Assembly (NCBI GenBank): GCA_964479875.1
Contig: CAYZNM010000010.1
Coordinates: 25,794-89,793, forward strand
Origin: an uncultured Eubacteriales bacterium
Lineage (GTDB): Bacteria > Bacillota > Clostridia > Monoglobales > CAYZNM01
Direction of reading: 5' to 3'
DNA: 64,000 nt
Shown here: one piece after another, positions 49,689-58,358 of the stretch
Layout: each line of letters starts with the position of its first letter
Numbering within the stretch: position 1 is the first letter of the stretch
Translations under genes and position numbers: made by a program
The notes under the pieces: generated by a model
Databases searched by the model: none
Told to the model about the DNA's origin: nothing
The model's input: the letters and a program-made list of their open reading frames with translations, nothing else

Positions 49689-50174
49689 ATGTTCAAAACG
49701 AATAAAACTATGATTGACGTATGTATGGCATTGGGGCATAGGGATATTGAATCTTTCGACGTTGGGCTTATAAAAAGTGAGCTGCGGCGCGAGATAGAAT
49801 TTGCAATAGATATGGGCTGCGAACGTTTTATCTGCGGAATGGCGCAAGGGTCTGATTTAATTTTTGCCGAAATTGTAGCGGAGATAAAGCAAAGCCGCGC
49901 GGTTCAGCTTGAAGCTGTGCTGCCGTACGCAAGCTACTTAGCTTCAGACGACCCGCAGTTTCAGCAAATCATCATCGAGTGCGACACGATTCATTTTGCC
50001 GCGGAATATTACAGCTCCGGTTGTTTTGCAAAACGCAATCGCTTCATGGTAGACAACAGTGGACTAATCATAGCTGTTTACGACGGCCGCTTAAGCGGCG
50101 GCACATATTCGACGCTGGTCTACGCGTCAGAAAAGTGCAGACGTGTCGTCATAATTAATCCACGCGCGGGGTAA
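49689..50174 (+). CDS. SLOG family protein (YpsA/DUF1273-like)
   Basis: GHR, FICGMAQGSD, RNRFMVDNS, GGTYST. Confidence 0.82.
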   Translation: MFKTNKTMIDVCMALGHRDIESFDVGLIKSELRREIEFAIDMGCERFICGMAQGSDLIFAEIVAEIKQSRAVQLEAVLPYASYLASDDPQFQQIIIECDTIHFAAEYYSSGCFAKRNRFMVDNSGLIIAVYDGRLSGGTYSTLVYASEKCRRVVIINPRAG

Positions 50175-50412
50175 GATAAAGGAAATAATAATTATAGCAA
50201 TAAAAAATCTTGACAATATTTGACATTTTACATTCTTGAAACTTATTGCATAAATATAATATATTTAACAATACTAATATACATAATAGGTTGATGAATA
50301 AAGGCGGCGGCTGACTGGCAAGTGCAAGTCTTAAAGCCTCTTTCGCCTATACTAGACAATAAAAGTAATGCTGATGAAAATAACAAAAGAAAAAGCTTAG
50401 GAGGAACATATA

Positions 50413-50958
50413 TTGAAAGCCACAGGAATAGTAAGACGAATCGACGATTTGGGAAGAGTTGTTATACCGAAGGAGATACGCCGCACAATGCGTATTAGGG
50501 AAGGTGACCCGCTTGAAATATTCACAGACCGCGACGGCGAGGTCATCTTTAAAAAATATTCGCCCATAGGTGAGCTTGGCAATGTTGCTGTGCAGTATGC
50601 GGAAACGCTTGCGAAAACCAGCGGACGGCCTATTTGCATTACGGATAAAGACAACATAATCGCGGTATCGGGTATACCTAAGAAGGATATCGCTGAAAAG
50701 CGTGTGTCAGACGACCTTGAGCAGATTATGAAGGAAAAGACGAGCTTTGTTGCGCAGTCGAATTCGCCTAAGGCTATGCAGGTTATCGACGGATATGAAA
50801 AATATACGGCGGCAATTATTTGCCCCATTATATCAGAGGGCGATTCTATCGGCACCGTCGTATTCTTGAATACAGATGAAAATAGCAAGTTTGGTGAAGT
50901 TGAGCTTAAGCTTGCGCAAAGTGCCGCTGTTTTTCTCGGCAAGCAGATGGAACAATAG
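50413..50958 (+). CDS. spoVT: Stage V sporulation protein T
   Basis: MKATGIVRRIDDLGRVVIPKEIRRTMRIREGDPLEIF plus GAF domain; GCATA-17-AATACTA sigmaG-like promoter near 50250-50277. Confidence 0.95.
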   Translation: MKATGIVRRIDDLGRVVIPKEIRRTMRIREGDPLEIFTDRDGEVIFKKYSPIGELGNVAVQYAETLAKTSGRPICITDKDNIIAVSGIPKKDIAEKRVSDDLEQIMKEKTSFVAQSNSPKAMQVIDGYEKYTAAIICPIISEGDSIGTVVFLNTDENSKFGEVELKLAQSAAVFLGKQMEQ

Positions 50959-50967
50959 GTGATGATG

Positions 50968-51050
50968 TAAACAATCTGCGGCGTGCAGATTGTTTAATAA
51001 GTTAAGCTTTGGTATGTGTACATCAGAAAGCGGCGCGATTGCGCCGCTTT
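50968..51050. terminator. Two hairpins between convergent spoVT and PT-rich gene
   Basis: TAAACAATCTGC/GCAGATTGTTTA and AAAGCGGCGC/GCGCCGCTTT. Confidence 0.7.
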
Positions 51051-51054
51051 TGTT

Positions 51055-51996
51055 TTATTCTTCGTACCAATATTCGTCATCGTTGTTTTGCTTGCGAATG
51101 CTGATGTATGCCACTGCTGCGATGATTGCGGCCGCTGCACCTATTGCTGCGATGATTAGGGGGAACGTGTAGGGGCTTGATTGTTTTTCTGTGGTGTCGG
51201 CAGGAGTTGGTGTGGGCGTGGGCTGTGATGATTCGGGGGGTGTTGGTGTGGGTTCGATTGTAGTTGCTTCGGGTTCTGGTTCGGTTGGTTTGGGTTGGGG
51301 TTGGTCGGCGGTGGTGGGCGTGGGAGATTGTTCGGGCGGTTCGGTTTCGGCTATGGATTCGGTTTCGGCTGCTTGGGGAGTTACTTCGGGAGGGAGTGAT
51401 TCTTCGGGTTGGGTTGCTTCGTCGGAGGGGGTGGGTTCTGCTGTATCGTCGGGAGCTTTTGATGGTGTGGGTGTAGGCGTGGGGGTTGGTGTAGGAGTTG
51501 GCTTTGGTGTGGGTGTGGGAGTATTCAGCGGGGCTAGGGTCGACATCGGCGTAATCGTTGATATTGGCGTTAGCGATGATTGCGACTGATACCTGTTTTC
51601 AATCGGCAGCGGCGCAAGGGTCGGCTTTGGCGTACGGCGAGGTGTTGCCGTAGGGGTCGGACGCTGCGTTGGAGTTGGCGTAGATGTAGGCTCGGGCGTA
51701 GGTGTGGGTGTAGCCGTAGGCGTTTGCGTGCGAACAGGCGCAGGGGTAGGCGTGCTCGTAGGTGCAGGCGTAGGTGTAGCCGTAGGCTCAGGGGTTGGCG
51801 TGGGAGTAGGAGTTGGCGTGGGAGTTACAACCACAACAGGCTCGGGCGTAGGAGTAGGCACAGGCGTGGGAGTAAGCAGCGGATACTCCTCGAGGTCGCC
51901 CCAAAAAATCTCCCACCTGCTGTCATCGTTTGCGTAGGCATTCGCTCCGCACAAAATAAACATCAACACAATAAAAATTGCAGCTGCCTTTTTCAA
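51055..51996 (-). CDS. Pro/Thr-rich exported protein with C-terminal membrane anchor
   Basis: Signal peptide, long PT repeats, TM helix, acidic tail; TTG start after GGAGG. Confidence 0.75.
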   Translation of the reverse strand: MKKAAAIFIVLMFILCGANAYANDDSRWEIFWGDLEEYPLLTPTPVPTPTPEPVVVVTPTPTPTPTPTPEPTATPTPAPTSTPTPAPVRTQTPTATPTPTPEPTSTPTPTQRPTPTATPRRTPKPTLAPLPIENRYQSQSSLTPISTITPMSTLAPLNTPTPTPKPTPTPTPTPTPTPSKAPDDTAEPTPSDEATQPEESLPPEVTPQAAETESIAETEPPEQSPTPTTADQPQPKPTEPEPEATTIEPTPTPPESSQPTPTPTPADTTEKQSSPYTFPLIIAAIGAAAAIIAAVAYISIRKQNNDDEYWYEE

Positions 51997-52145
51997 TCCG
52001 ATATCCTCCAAACTTGTCCATGTATGCTAATTGTTTCTGTATGCGTTTTATCACTTAACTACATATTGCATTATTATTATAACACAAAAATAGGAAATAG
52101 AAAACAAAAAGTTGCATTTATACACAAATATGGAATTAATATATC

Positions 52146-52180
52146 TTGACAAAAGTACAAACATACTATATAATTTGTAT
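52146..52180 (+). promoter_or_regulatory. Consensus sigmaA promoter overlapped by an inverted repeat
   Basis: TTGACA-17-TATAAT; TACAAA...TTTGTA. Confidence 0.7.
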
Positions 52181-52202
52181 ATATTTAGGAGGAGGTGATT
52201 TC

Positions 52203-52385
52203 ATGGCTGAAGATAGAAAACCCAGAAGAAGAACGGACAACCCTATGGACATTGCAATTAAGCTTAGAATGGACAAGGCGACTGATGAAAAGATTAGGTA
52301 CTTAATGTCGAAGCTTAACAAGACACGTTCGTTCATTTTGAGGCAGTGTGTGCATGATTTGTATGAGCAGTTGAAGGAAGGGTAA
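52203..52385 (+). CDS. Small ribbon-helix-helix-like DNA-binding protein
   Basis: RRTDNPMDIAIKLRMD...TRSFILR; GGAGGTGA RBS. Confidence 0.65.
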   Translation: MAEDRKPRRRTDNPMDIAIKLRMDKATDEKIRYLMSKLNKTRSFILRQCVHDLYEQLKEG

Positions 52386-52415
52386 GCATTTCTTCTGTAT
52401 ATTTATCGGAGCTAG

Positions 52416-52443
52416 AATAAGGGAGCCGTTTGGCTCCCTTATT
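52416..52443. terminator. Bidirectional terminator
   Basis: AATAAGGGAGCC/GGCTCCCTTATT. Confidence 0.7.
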
Positions 52444-53479
52444 GGTCTTCAGGTTTTGATGTCCAGCCGTTGTTGAATTGGTAGATTCGGCTGTACTCTT
52501 TTGTTTCGGGGTCTTTCACTGTTTCGGAGCGGTTGGCTTGCAGCAGGCGAACTATGTTGTACACGTCTATCCAAATTTCGCCGTTGCCTTCTTTTTGCGA
52601 TTCGTCGAAGATTAGCTGCAGGCCTAGGTGCAGGTGCGGGATTTCGATGTTGTTTGTGTTTTCGGTGTTGCTGTAGCCTGTCCTGCCTAGGTAGCCGATT
52701 ACGTCGCCGGCCTTGACTTCGCTGCCTACCTCAAGTGATTTGTTGTAGGGGAAATTTTTGCGCAGGTGCGCGTAGTAGTAGTAGCGTTTGGTGTCGTGCG
52801 AGCGTATGCCTATGCGCCAGCCGCCGTACATGTTCCAGCCTAAGGCTTCCACTGTACCGCCCTCGATTGCAATGATTGGCGTGCCTACTTGACCTGTTAG
52901 GTCGTTGCCTAGATGCTTGCGTTTGTAGCCGTAGCTGCGGCCTACGCCGAAGTCGTCGTAATGCGTGAAGGGGAAGTTTTTCGCGATGGGAGAGAATACT
53001 TTAAGCCCGTATTTTTGCTCCATGCGCTTTCCGTCGGGGGCAGTTTCGTCCGGCACTTCTACTTCGTATTCGCCTACAAATTCGGCGAATATCGCAGTGA
53101 ATGCTTCAAAGTAGTAGCCATAATGCTTCATCTTTTCCGTAAGCTGCTCCATTGTTTTGCCAGAAGTTAGCTGCGTCTTAAGCTCGTCCAAGTCCTTAGA
53201 CTTGTACTTTTTAAAGTCGCCTCCGTATTTGGTCGCGAGATAGGCAAGCATTTCGGTAAAGTCGAGCTTTACGTCCTCTTTCTGCGATTTTACATCCATA
53301 TCCAACGCTTTTTTCATAGCCTCATATGTAACATCAAAGTCGACCCACTTTATAAACTCCTTATTCTGCGACATCACCTGCGCCGTGCTGCCGTAATACA
53401 GCAGCCCTGCCGCCCCTGCTGCAATCAACAGCCCCACGCATAACTTAAGCAAAAACCTGAATTTGATTGTGTAAAACAA
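52439..53479 (-). CDS. M23 family metallopeptidase
   Basis: HLGND, YYYAHL, PHLH; TTG start after GAGGTGA. Confidence 0.88.
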   Translation of the reverse strand: MFYTIKFRFLLKLCVGLLIAAGAAGLLYYGSTAQVMSQNKEFIKWVDFDVTYEAMKKALDMDVKSQKEDVKLDFTEMLAYLATKYGGDFKKYKSKDLDELKTQLTSGKTMEQLTEKMKHYGYYFEAFTAIFAEFVGEYEVEVPDETAPDGKRMEQKYGLKVFSPIAKNFPFTHYDDFGVGRSYGYKRKHLGNDLTGQVGTPIIAIEGGTVEALGWNMYGGWRIGIRSHDTKRYYYYAHLRKNFPYNKSLEVGSEVKAGDVIGYLGRTGYSNTENTNNIEIPHLHLGLQLIFDESQKEGNGEIWIDVYNIVRLLQANRSETVKDPETKEYSRIYQFNNGWTSKPEDQ

Positions 53480-53643
53480 AGCCGTCACCTCACATAGCCT
53501 GTACAAGATTATTTATTTATATGCGGCGCGATGGCAATAAATGCAAATACAAAATATGTATGCATGTATAATTAATATACGCAGTAGCAGAAGCTACATG
53601 TTCGTTTCATAAAGGTAATTTTGCACAAAAATAATGCGTTTAT

Positions 53644-53723
53644 TGTAGGGGCGCGCATTGCGCGTCCGTGGGTTTACCGCGAATGTGCGGGTTATACGCG
53701 GACGCGCAATGCGCGCCCCTACA
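53644..53723. repeat. REPIN-like element: two inverted GTAG-headed REPs
   Basis: Perfect 25-bp arms TGTAGGGGCGCGCATTGCGCGTCCG / CGGACGCGCAATGCGCGCCCCTACA. Confidence 0.8.
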
Positions 53724-53906
53724 TTTTTTGTGCATATTGTCGGTGTGGAAAGAACGCGGCAGAAGTTGCAGCTATCATTGATATTTAACAATAGCTTTGG
53801 TATAATCAGTTAAGTGATGTTAACTGCACCTTGCATATTTGTTATAAAACTGCAAGGTTTTTATATGAAAACCTATGTATAATTGAAAGCGAAAGGAGTG
53901 ATGTGT

Positions 53907-54806
53907 GTGGACTTTCTGAATCGAATGACAGAGGTGATTGACTATATCGAGGAGCACATAGCTGATGACTTCGACCTAAATGATGTGGCAAAAATTGTTT
54001 GCTGCAGCGTGTATCAGCTTGGCAGGATATTTTCATATGTAGGTGGAATATCGCTTACTGAATATATCCGCAGCAGGAGGCTTTCGCTTGCGGCATTGGA
54101 GTTGCAGAGGGGTAAGGCTAAGGTTATCGATATAGCTTTGAAGTACGGCTATAACTCGCCTGAGTCATTCGCTCGTGCTTTTCGTGAAATGCACGGCGTA
54201 TCGCCGAGAGAAGCATACGCCCGCGGCGTTAAACTCAGATTGCACCCTCGCATTACCTTTCATATTTCAATTAGAGGAGATGTGGGTATGGAGTATCGCA
54301 TTGAAGAAAGAGGCATAATCAAAGGTGTTGGCGTTGTAAAAAACTTCGGCAAAGTTACAGCGAACAAAGAGGCCGAGCATTGGACGGAACGCAGCGGCGA
54401 TGTATGGAAATTTTGGGATGATTTTTTAGACTGCGGAGAGAATATAACTATTCGAGATAAGTATAAGCTGTATAAAGCACCTTTTTGGCAGATGGGGGTT
54501 AATTACACCGATGCCGAGGGCAATCTCATCCTGTCTATCGGGGCAGAGGACGCCGGCGGCGAATATCCGGAGTTAACCAAGTTTGAAGTGCCTGCAAGCA
54601 CGTGGGCCGTATTCACAACCAGAGGCACGCTCAATCAAAAGATACACCCTTTGGAAGCGTTAACCACTCGGATTTTCAGCGAATGGTTTCCGTCAAGCGG
54701 ATATGAAAAATCCATGGAATACGAGATTGAAATATACGGTCCGGGCGATACACAAAAAGACGACTACGTTACCGAGCTTTGGATTCCTGTTAAAAAGAAG
54801 GTCTAA
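53907..54806 (+). CDS. AraC family regulator with GyrI-like effector domain
   Basis: IDYIEEH...EYIRSRRL...YGYNSPESFARAF; VPASTWAVF, EWFPSSGY, ELWIPV. Confidence 0.9.
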   Translation: MDFLNRMTEVIDYIEEHIADDFDLNDVAKIVCCSVYQLGRIFSYVGGISLTEYIRSRRLSLAALELQRGKAKVIDIALKYGYNSPESFARAFREMHGVSPREAYARGVKLRLHPRITFHISIRGDVGMEYRIEERGIIKGVGVVKNFGKVTANKEAEHWTERSGDVWKFWDDFLDCGENITIRDKYKLYKAPFWQMGVNYTDAEGNLILSIGAEDAGGEYPELTKFEVPASTWAVFTTRGTLNQKIHPLEALTTRIFSEWFPSSGYEKSMEYEIEIYGPGDTQKDDYVTELWIPVKKKV

Positions 54807-54828
54807 TACTTTGTTTTCGTGTAAGTTG

Positions 54829-54898
54829 ATATAGGGGCGGATTATCCGCCCCTTTTATTTTATTCGCGCTTCGGCTTTGATGTCTGTACATATTATTT
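54829..54898. repeat. REP-like palindrome plus diverged duplicate of the 3' end of the Nim-like gene
   Basis: 54829-54854 is the exact reverse complement of 56332-56357; adjacent minus strand reads QIICTDIKAEARIK* versus KIICTDITAKARQI*. Confidence 0.8.
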
Positions 54899-55015
54899 GT
54901 TTATATGAGGTACGGCGGCGATAAATGCAAATGTGAAAATATATGAAAATAAATGTTGACGTATGAAATTATATGTGATATGATGAATGTATCATAAGAA
55001 TGTTTTATAGGAGAA

Positions 55016-55849
55016 TTGAGAATGAAATTTGATTGCGAGTACGTCGGCAAAATCGGTTCGATGGCTTTGATACGCAAGGCCGACAACGACATAGACTACA
55101 ACATATTTTCGCGGCTCGGTGCGGAGCTTTGCCCCGGCTGGATATGGGTTTCATCAGGCGCGACGGAGATTGGTCGCATTGACTATATGAAGCGCAGCGG
55201 CGGCGCGGAGCTTATCGGCGATAAGGAGGACGCAAAAACGGATTACGCCGCGCAGGGGCAGGCTATCCTCATGGAGAATTACCGCAGGTTTATCAGCCCT
55301 GCATTCAACGTGCGGCAGGTTTTGCTTGAACATCAGCACTTTAACGACAACGAAAAGCGCGAGCATATACGCCAACTGCTGTGCAGGTGCGCGAGCCAAA
55401 ACGCGATACCGATTATCAACTACAACGACCCTGTGAGCAGCGACGAGAATCGCAAGATGGAGCTGAACAATCTGCGCGAGAACGCAGAAAATGTAGTAGA
55501 GTGCGTGGATAATGACGAAACTGCCGCGGTGGTTGCGACGCTGATGAGAGCCAAAACTTTAGTGATACTCACAGGTGTCGAGGGCATTTACGCCGACCCG
55601 CAAAATCCTGCTTCATTAATCAGTGAAATATCGGGAGCGAACGCATATGAGCTTGTCGACAACATTCGCGCGGCTCAAAACAACTGCATAGGAGCGTCCA
55701 GAGCAGGCGCAAACGGCGCGAAAGCCAAGCTTGAGTTTATCATCGAGCCTGTGAAAAACGGCACTACAGTCATAATCGGGCACGCACGCCATAGGCTTTC
55801 CGAATTAATCAGAGGAAGCGTGCCACGCACAATTGTGCATATAAAATAA
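55016..55849 (+). CDS. Glutamate 5-kinase-like amino acid kinase without PUA domain
   Basis: KIGS, VSSGA, AAQGQ, IPIINYND, DNDETAA, ILTGVEGIY. Confidence 0.75.
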   Translation: MRMKFDCEYVGKIGSMALIRKADNDIDYNIFSRLGAELCPGWIWVSSGATEIGRIDYMKRSGGAELIGDKEDAKTDYAAQGQAILMENYRRFISPAFNVRQVLLEHQHFNDNEKREHIRQLLCRCASQNAIPIINYNDPVSSDENRKMELNNLRENAENVVECVDNDETAAVVATLMRAKTLVILTGVEGIYADPQNPASLISEISGANAYELVDNIRAAQNNCIGASRAGANGAKAKLEFIIEPVKNGTTVIIGHARHRLSELIRGSVPRTIVHIK

Positions 55850-55873
55850 ACTTTCGCGAAGGAAGGTGAAATT

Positions 55874-56329
55874 ATCCCAGAACTAGAGAAGCTGTACACA
55901 GTCGAGGACGTGGCAAGTATGATGTCGGTCACAACACGCACCATTCGGAATTATTTGAAGGATGGCACATTAATAGGCAAAAAGCTGGGCGGTCAGTGGC
56001 GTTTTACCGCCGACGACATTAAAAATTTCTTAGAAAAAGGGGAGATTAGCACTATGATAGCAAACGAGATGAAGTCGATGGCTAATGATTTTGTGAATAA
56101 CATCAACGTTAGCGAAGAGGGCGACGCGCGAGTGTGCATTACGGCGGATTTGGCAGTTTCGCAGGAGCTTGCCAATGAGAAAAGTTTCAAGATTTGTGAG
56201 CTTGTGAATCAATCGGAAGGCATTAACATCGAATACAAATTCCACTACTACATGATGAAGAAGGTCGCGCGGTATTTGATTGTTGCGCCGCCTGCGTTCG
56301 CGGAGGAAGCGTTGGGGTTGTTGAAATGA
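55874..56329 (+). CDS. Excisionase/MerR-like HTH DNA-binding protein (start uncertain)
   Basis: KLYTVEDVASMMSVTTRTIRNYLKDG...GGQWRF; conserved N-terminus lies upstream of the GTG at 55910. Confidence 0.75.
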   Translation: MPELEKLYTVEDVASMMSVTTRTIRNYLKDGTLIGKKLGGQWRFTADDIKNFLEKGEISTMIANEMKSMANDFVNNINVSEEGDARVCITADLAVSQELANEKSFKICELVNQSEGINIEYKFHYYMMKKVARYLIVAPPAFAEEALGLLK

Positions 56330-56351
56330 TGAAGGGGCGGATAATCCGCCC

Positions 56352-56822
56352 CTATATTTGTCGTGCTTTGGCTGTGATGTCTGTACATATTATTTTGCAC
56401 ACGGTTACGCTGTTTGCTTGTGTGTCGTCGAATTGGAAGTCGAGCCCTGTTTGGTGCTTCATCAGAACTTGCAGCAGCCGCTTCTTTTGGGCTGTATCAG
56501 CTACAATTTCAGCTTTGCCGCTGCCGATTATGCTTTGGTAGTTATAGCCGTAGCTGCATGGTGAACCTGAGCCTGTAAGCTTGTGTTCGCAGTCCATCTC
56601 GAAGCATACGTTGGAGTTTGCGCGGAGAATGTCTAGCTTCTTGCCCTCATTTGCACAATGGAAGTAGAACTCGAATGTGTTGTCGGCGAATGTGTACCCG
56701 AAATTGAGCGGTACAATATATGGCATATTGTCTGCCGACATTGCAAGCCGCATGACCTTGCACTTTTCGATTATCGCAATGATTCCCTGCGTATCTGTCA
56801 CTTGCCTGTCGCTTCTGCGCAT
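56352..56822 (-). CDS. Pyridoxamine 5'-phosphate oxidase / Nim-like flavin-binding protein
   Basis: MRRSDR, PYIVPLNFG, YFHCANEGKK, VCFE, YQSIIGSG. Confidence 0.88.
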   Translation of the reverse strand: MRRSDRQVTDTQGIIAIIEKCKVMRLAMSADNMPYIVPLNFGYTFADNTFEFYFHCANEGKKLDILRANSNVCFEMDCEHKLTGSGSPCSYGYNYQSIIGSGKAEIVADTAQKKRLLQVLMKHQTGLDFQFDDTQANSVTVCKIICTDITAKARQI

Positions 56823-56831
56823 GTTTCCTCC

Positions 56832-58190
56832 TTATGCAATCTCGCGCGTAAGATTCTTAATCCACTTGCGCGACCTAAAACGATAAACGCCGAACAGGAA
56901 TTTGCTCACTTCGTCAAGGCATATCACGAGGTATACAATTTCACCCGGATAACCTAGCGCAAGCCCACATATTAACGCGGCAGGCAGCGCAAGGCAATAC
57001 ATCGGCACGAGGTCGACCATTGCGCTGGTGACAACGTCGCCGCCGCCGCGCAGCAGTCCTACCACGATTGTGAAGTTAGACGCGCGAAGCGTCAGCATGA
57101 AGCTGTTGACCGTTATCATAAAGAGTGCGATTTGCGCGGCCTCTTCCGTGACGTTGAAGCGTCCGACGATAAAGCTGCGGCTGAAATAGCATATCGCGGC
57201 CGACACAAAGCCTGCGCTTACGCATATGGCAAGCAGTGAGCGTCCTGTTTCATAGATGTTGCCTTTTTTTGCGCCGATTTCGTTGCCGATTATTACGGCG
57301 ACTGCGCTGCCTAGGCCGAATACTACTGTGAAAACTATGCGGTCGACGTTGCCTGCGATTGTGTAGGCGGCGACATACGCGCTGCTCATGCGCCCGAATA
57401 TCGCAGGGTATACCGAGAAGCCTAAGCCCCACAAGCCTTCGTTTGCCACGACAGGGAGGGCGTATTTGATGTAGTCGCGGATAATCTCTTTGCCTGGATT
57501 GAACAGGTATTTCCACATGAGCTTGAAGCGTGTGTTAAAGCGTGCATAGAGAATTGTGAGTGCGAGTTCGACTGCGCGCGCGATAAATGTTGCAATCGCC
57601 GCGCCCTCTATGCCGAGCTCGGGGAAGCCGAGCTTGCCATAAATAAGCACATAGTTTAGGATTGTGTTGACTACCATTGCAACACTGTGGACAATCATGC
57701 CCAGCTTTGGGTTGCCCATGCTGCGGTGTGCGCCTATGTAAATCGTGGCTAGGCAATTAATAAAGTAGGAGTAGGACACTATCCGCATATAGCGCGACGC
57801 GTACATTGCCATCTCCGGCTTATCCGTCCACAGCGCGACAACCTGCTCCGGGAAGAATGTCATAACCGTTGTGACAATCAGCGCGAAAACGGAGCAGAAA
57901 GCGTAGGACACGCCCATGACCCTGTTAATAGTCTTATAATCCTCCAGCCCGTGGTATTGACTAATCAGCACCGAGCCGCCGCTTTGTATGCCGAACACAA
58001 TCAGTATCACAAAGAAAAATGGCGCGTTCGCTAGCGTCACCGCCGAAATAATGGTGTCGCCGAGCGAGCCAAGCATGTATGTGTCAATCATGCCGAGGGA
58101 GCTGTTTATCAAATTTTGCAGAATCAAAGGCACTGCCAAAGTCAGCAGCGTCTTGTAAAACTGTTTGTCTTGCCTAAATAGCGTCTTCAC
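56832..58190 (-). CDS. MATE family efflux transporter
   Basis: IDTYMLG, ISQYHG, LGIEGAAIAT, LRGGGD. Confidence 0.92.
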   Translation of the reverse strand: MKTLFRQDKQFYKTLLTLAVPLILQNLINSSLGMIDTYMLGSLGDTIISAVTLANAPFFFVILIVFGIQSGGSVLISQYHGLEDYKTINRVMGVSYAFCSVFALIVTTVMTFFPEQVVALWTDKPEMAMYASRYMRIVSYSYFINCLATIYIGAHRSMGNPKLGMIVHSVAMVVNTILNYVLIYGKLGFPELGIEGAAIATFIARAVELALTILYARFNTRFKLMWKYLFNPGKEIIRDYIKYALPVVANEGLWGLGFSVYPAIFGRMSSAYVAAYTIAGNVDRIVFTVVFGLGSAVAVIIGNEIGAKKGNIYETGRSLLAICVSAGFVSAAICYFSRSFIVGRFNVTEEAAQIALFMITVNSFMLTLRASNFTIVVGLLRGGGDVVTSAMVDLVPMYCLALPAALICGLALGYPGEIVYLVICLDEVSKFLFGVYRFRSRKWIKNLTREIA

Positions 58191-58358
58191 GTTACCTCCA
58201 TATGTACTGCGCTTTTGCGTATCAATTTTATTATACTATATCTTTCGTGGAAAAGCAAATTAATAAATGTTGAAAAAATATTTGGTTTGTAGTATAGTTG
58301 TTAAGACGATGAAAAACCATGGATTGTAGATATTATAAACGAGAGGTCAATAAGCTAT

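Noticed and set aside
50305-50330. GACTGGC resembling a ZTP riboswitch
   Set aside because: The 3' CGCCTGGGC pseudoknot element is absent and the downstream gene is spoVT
51191-52149. Gly/Val-rich + strand ORFs and short tandem repeats
   Set aside because: Antisense of the Pro/Thr-rich gene
836-55849. Possible TAA reassignment suggested by in-frame TAA at 836 and 55847
   Set aside because: Many well-defined genes end in TAA at expected positions, so the standard code applies
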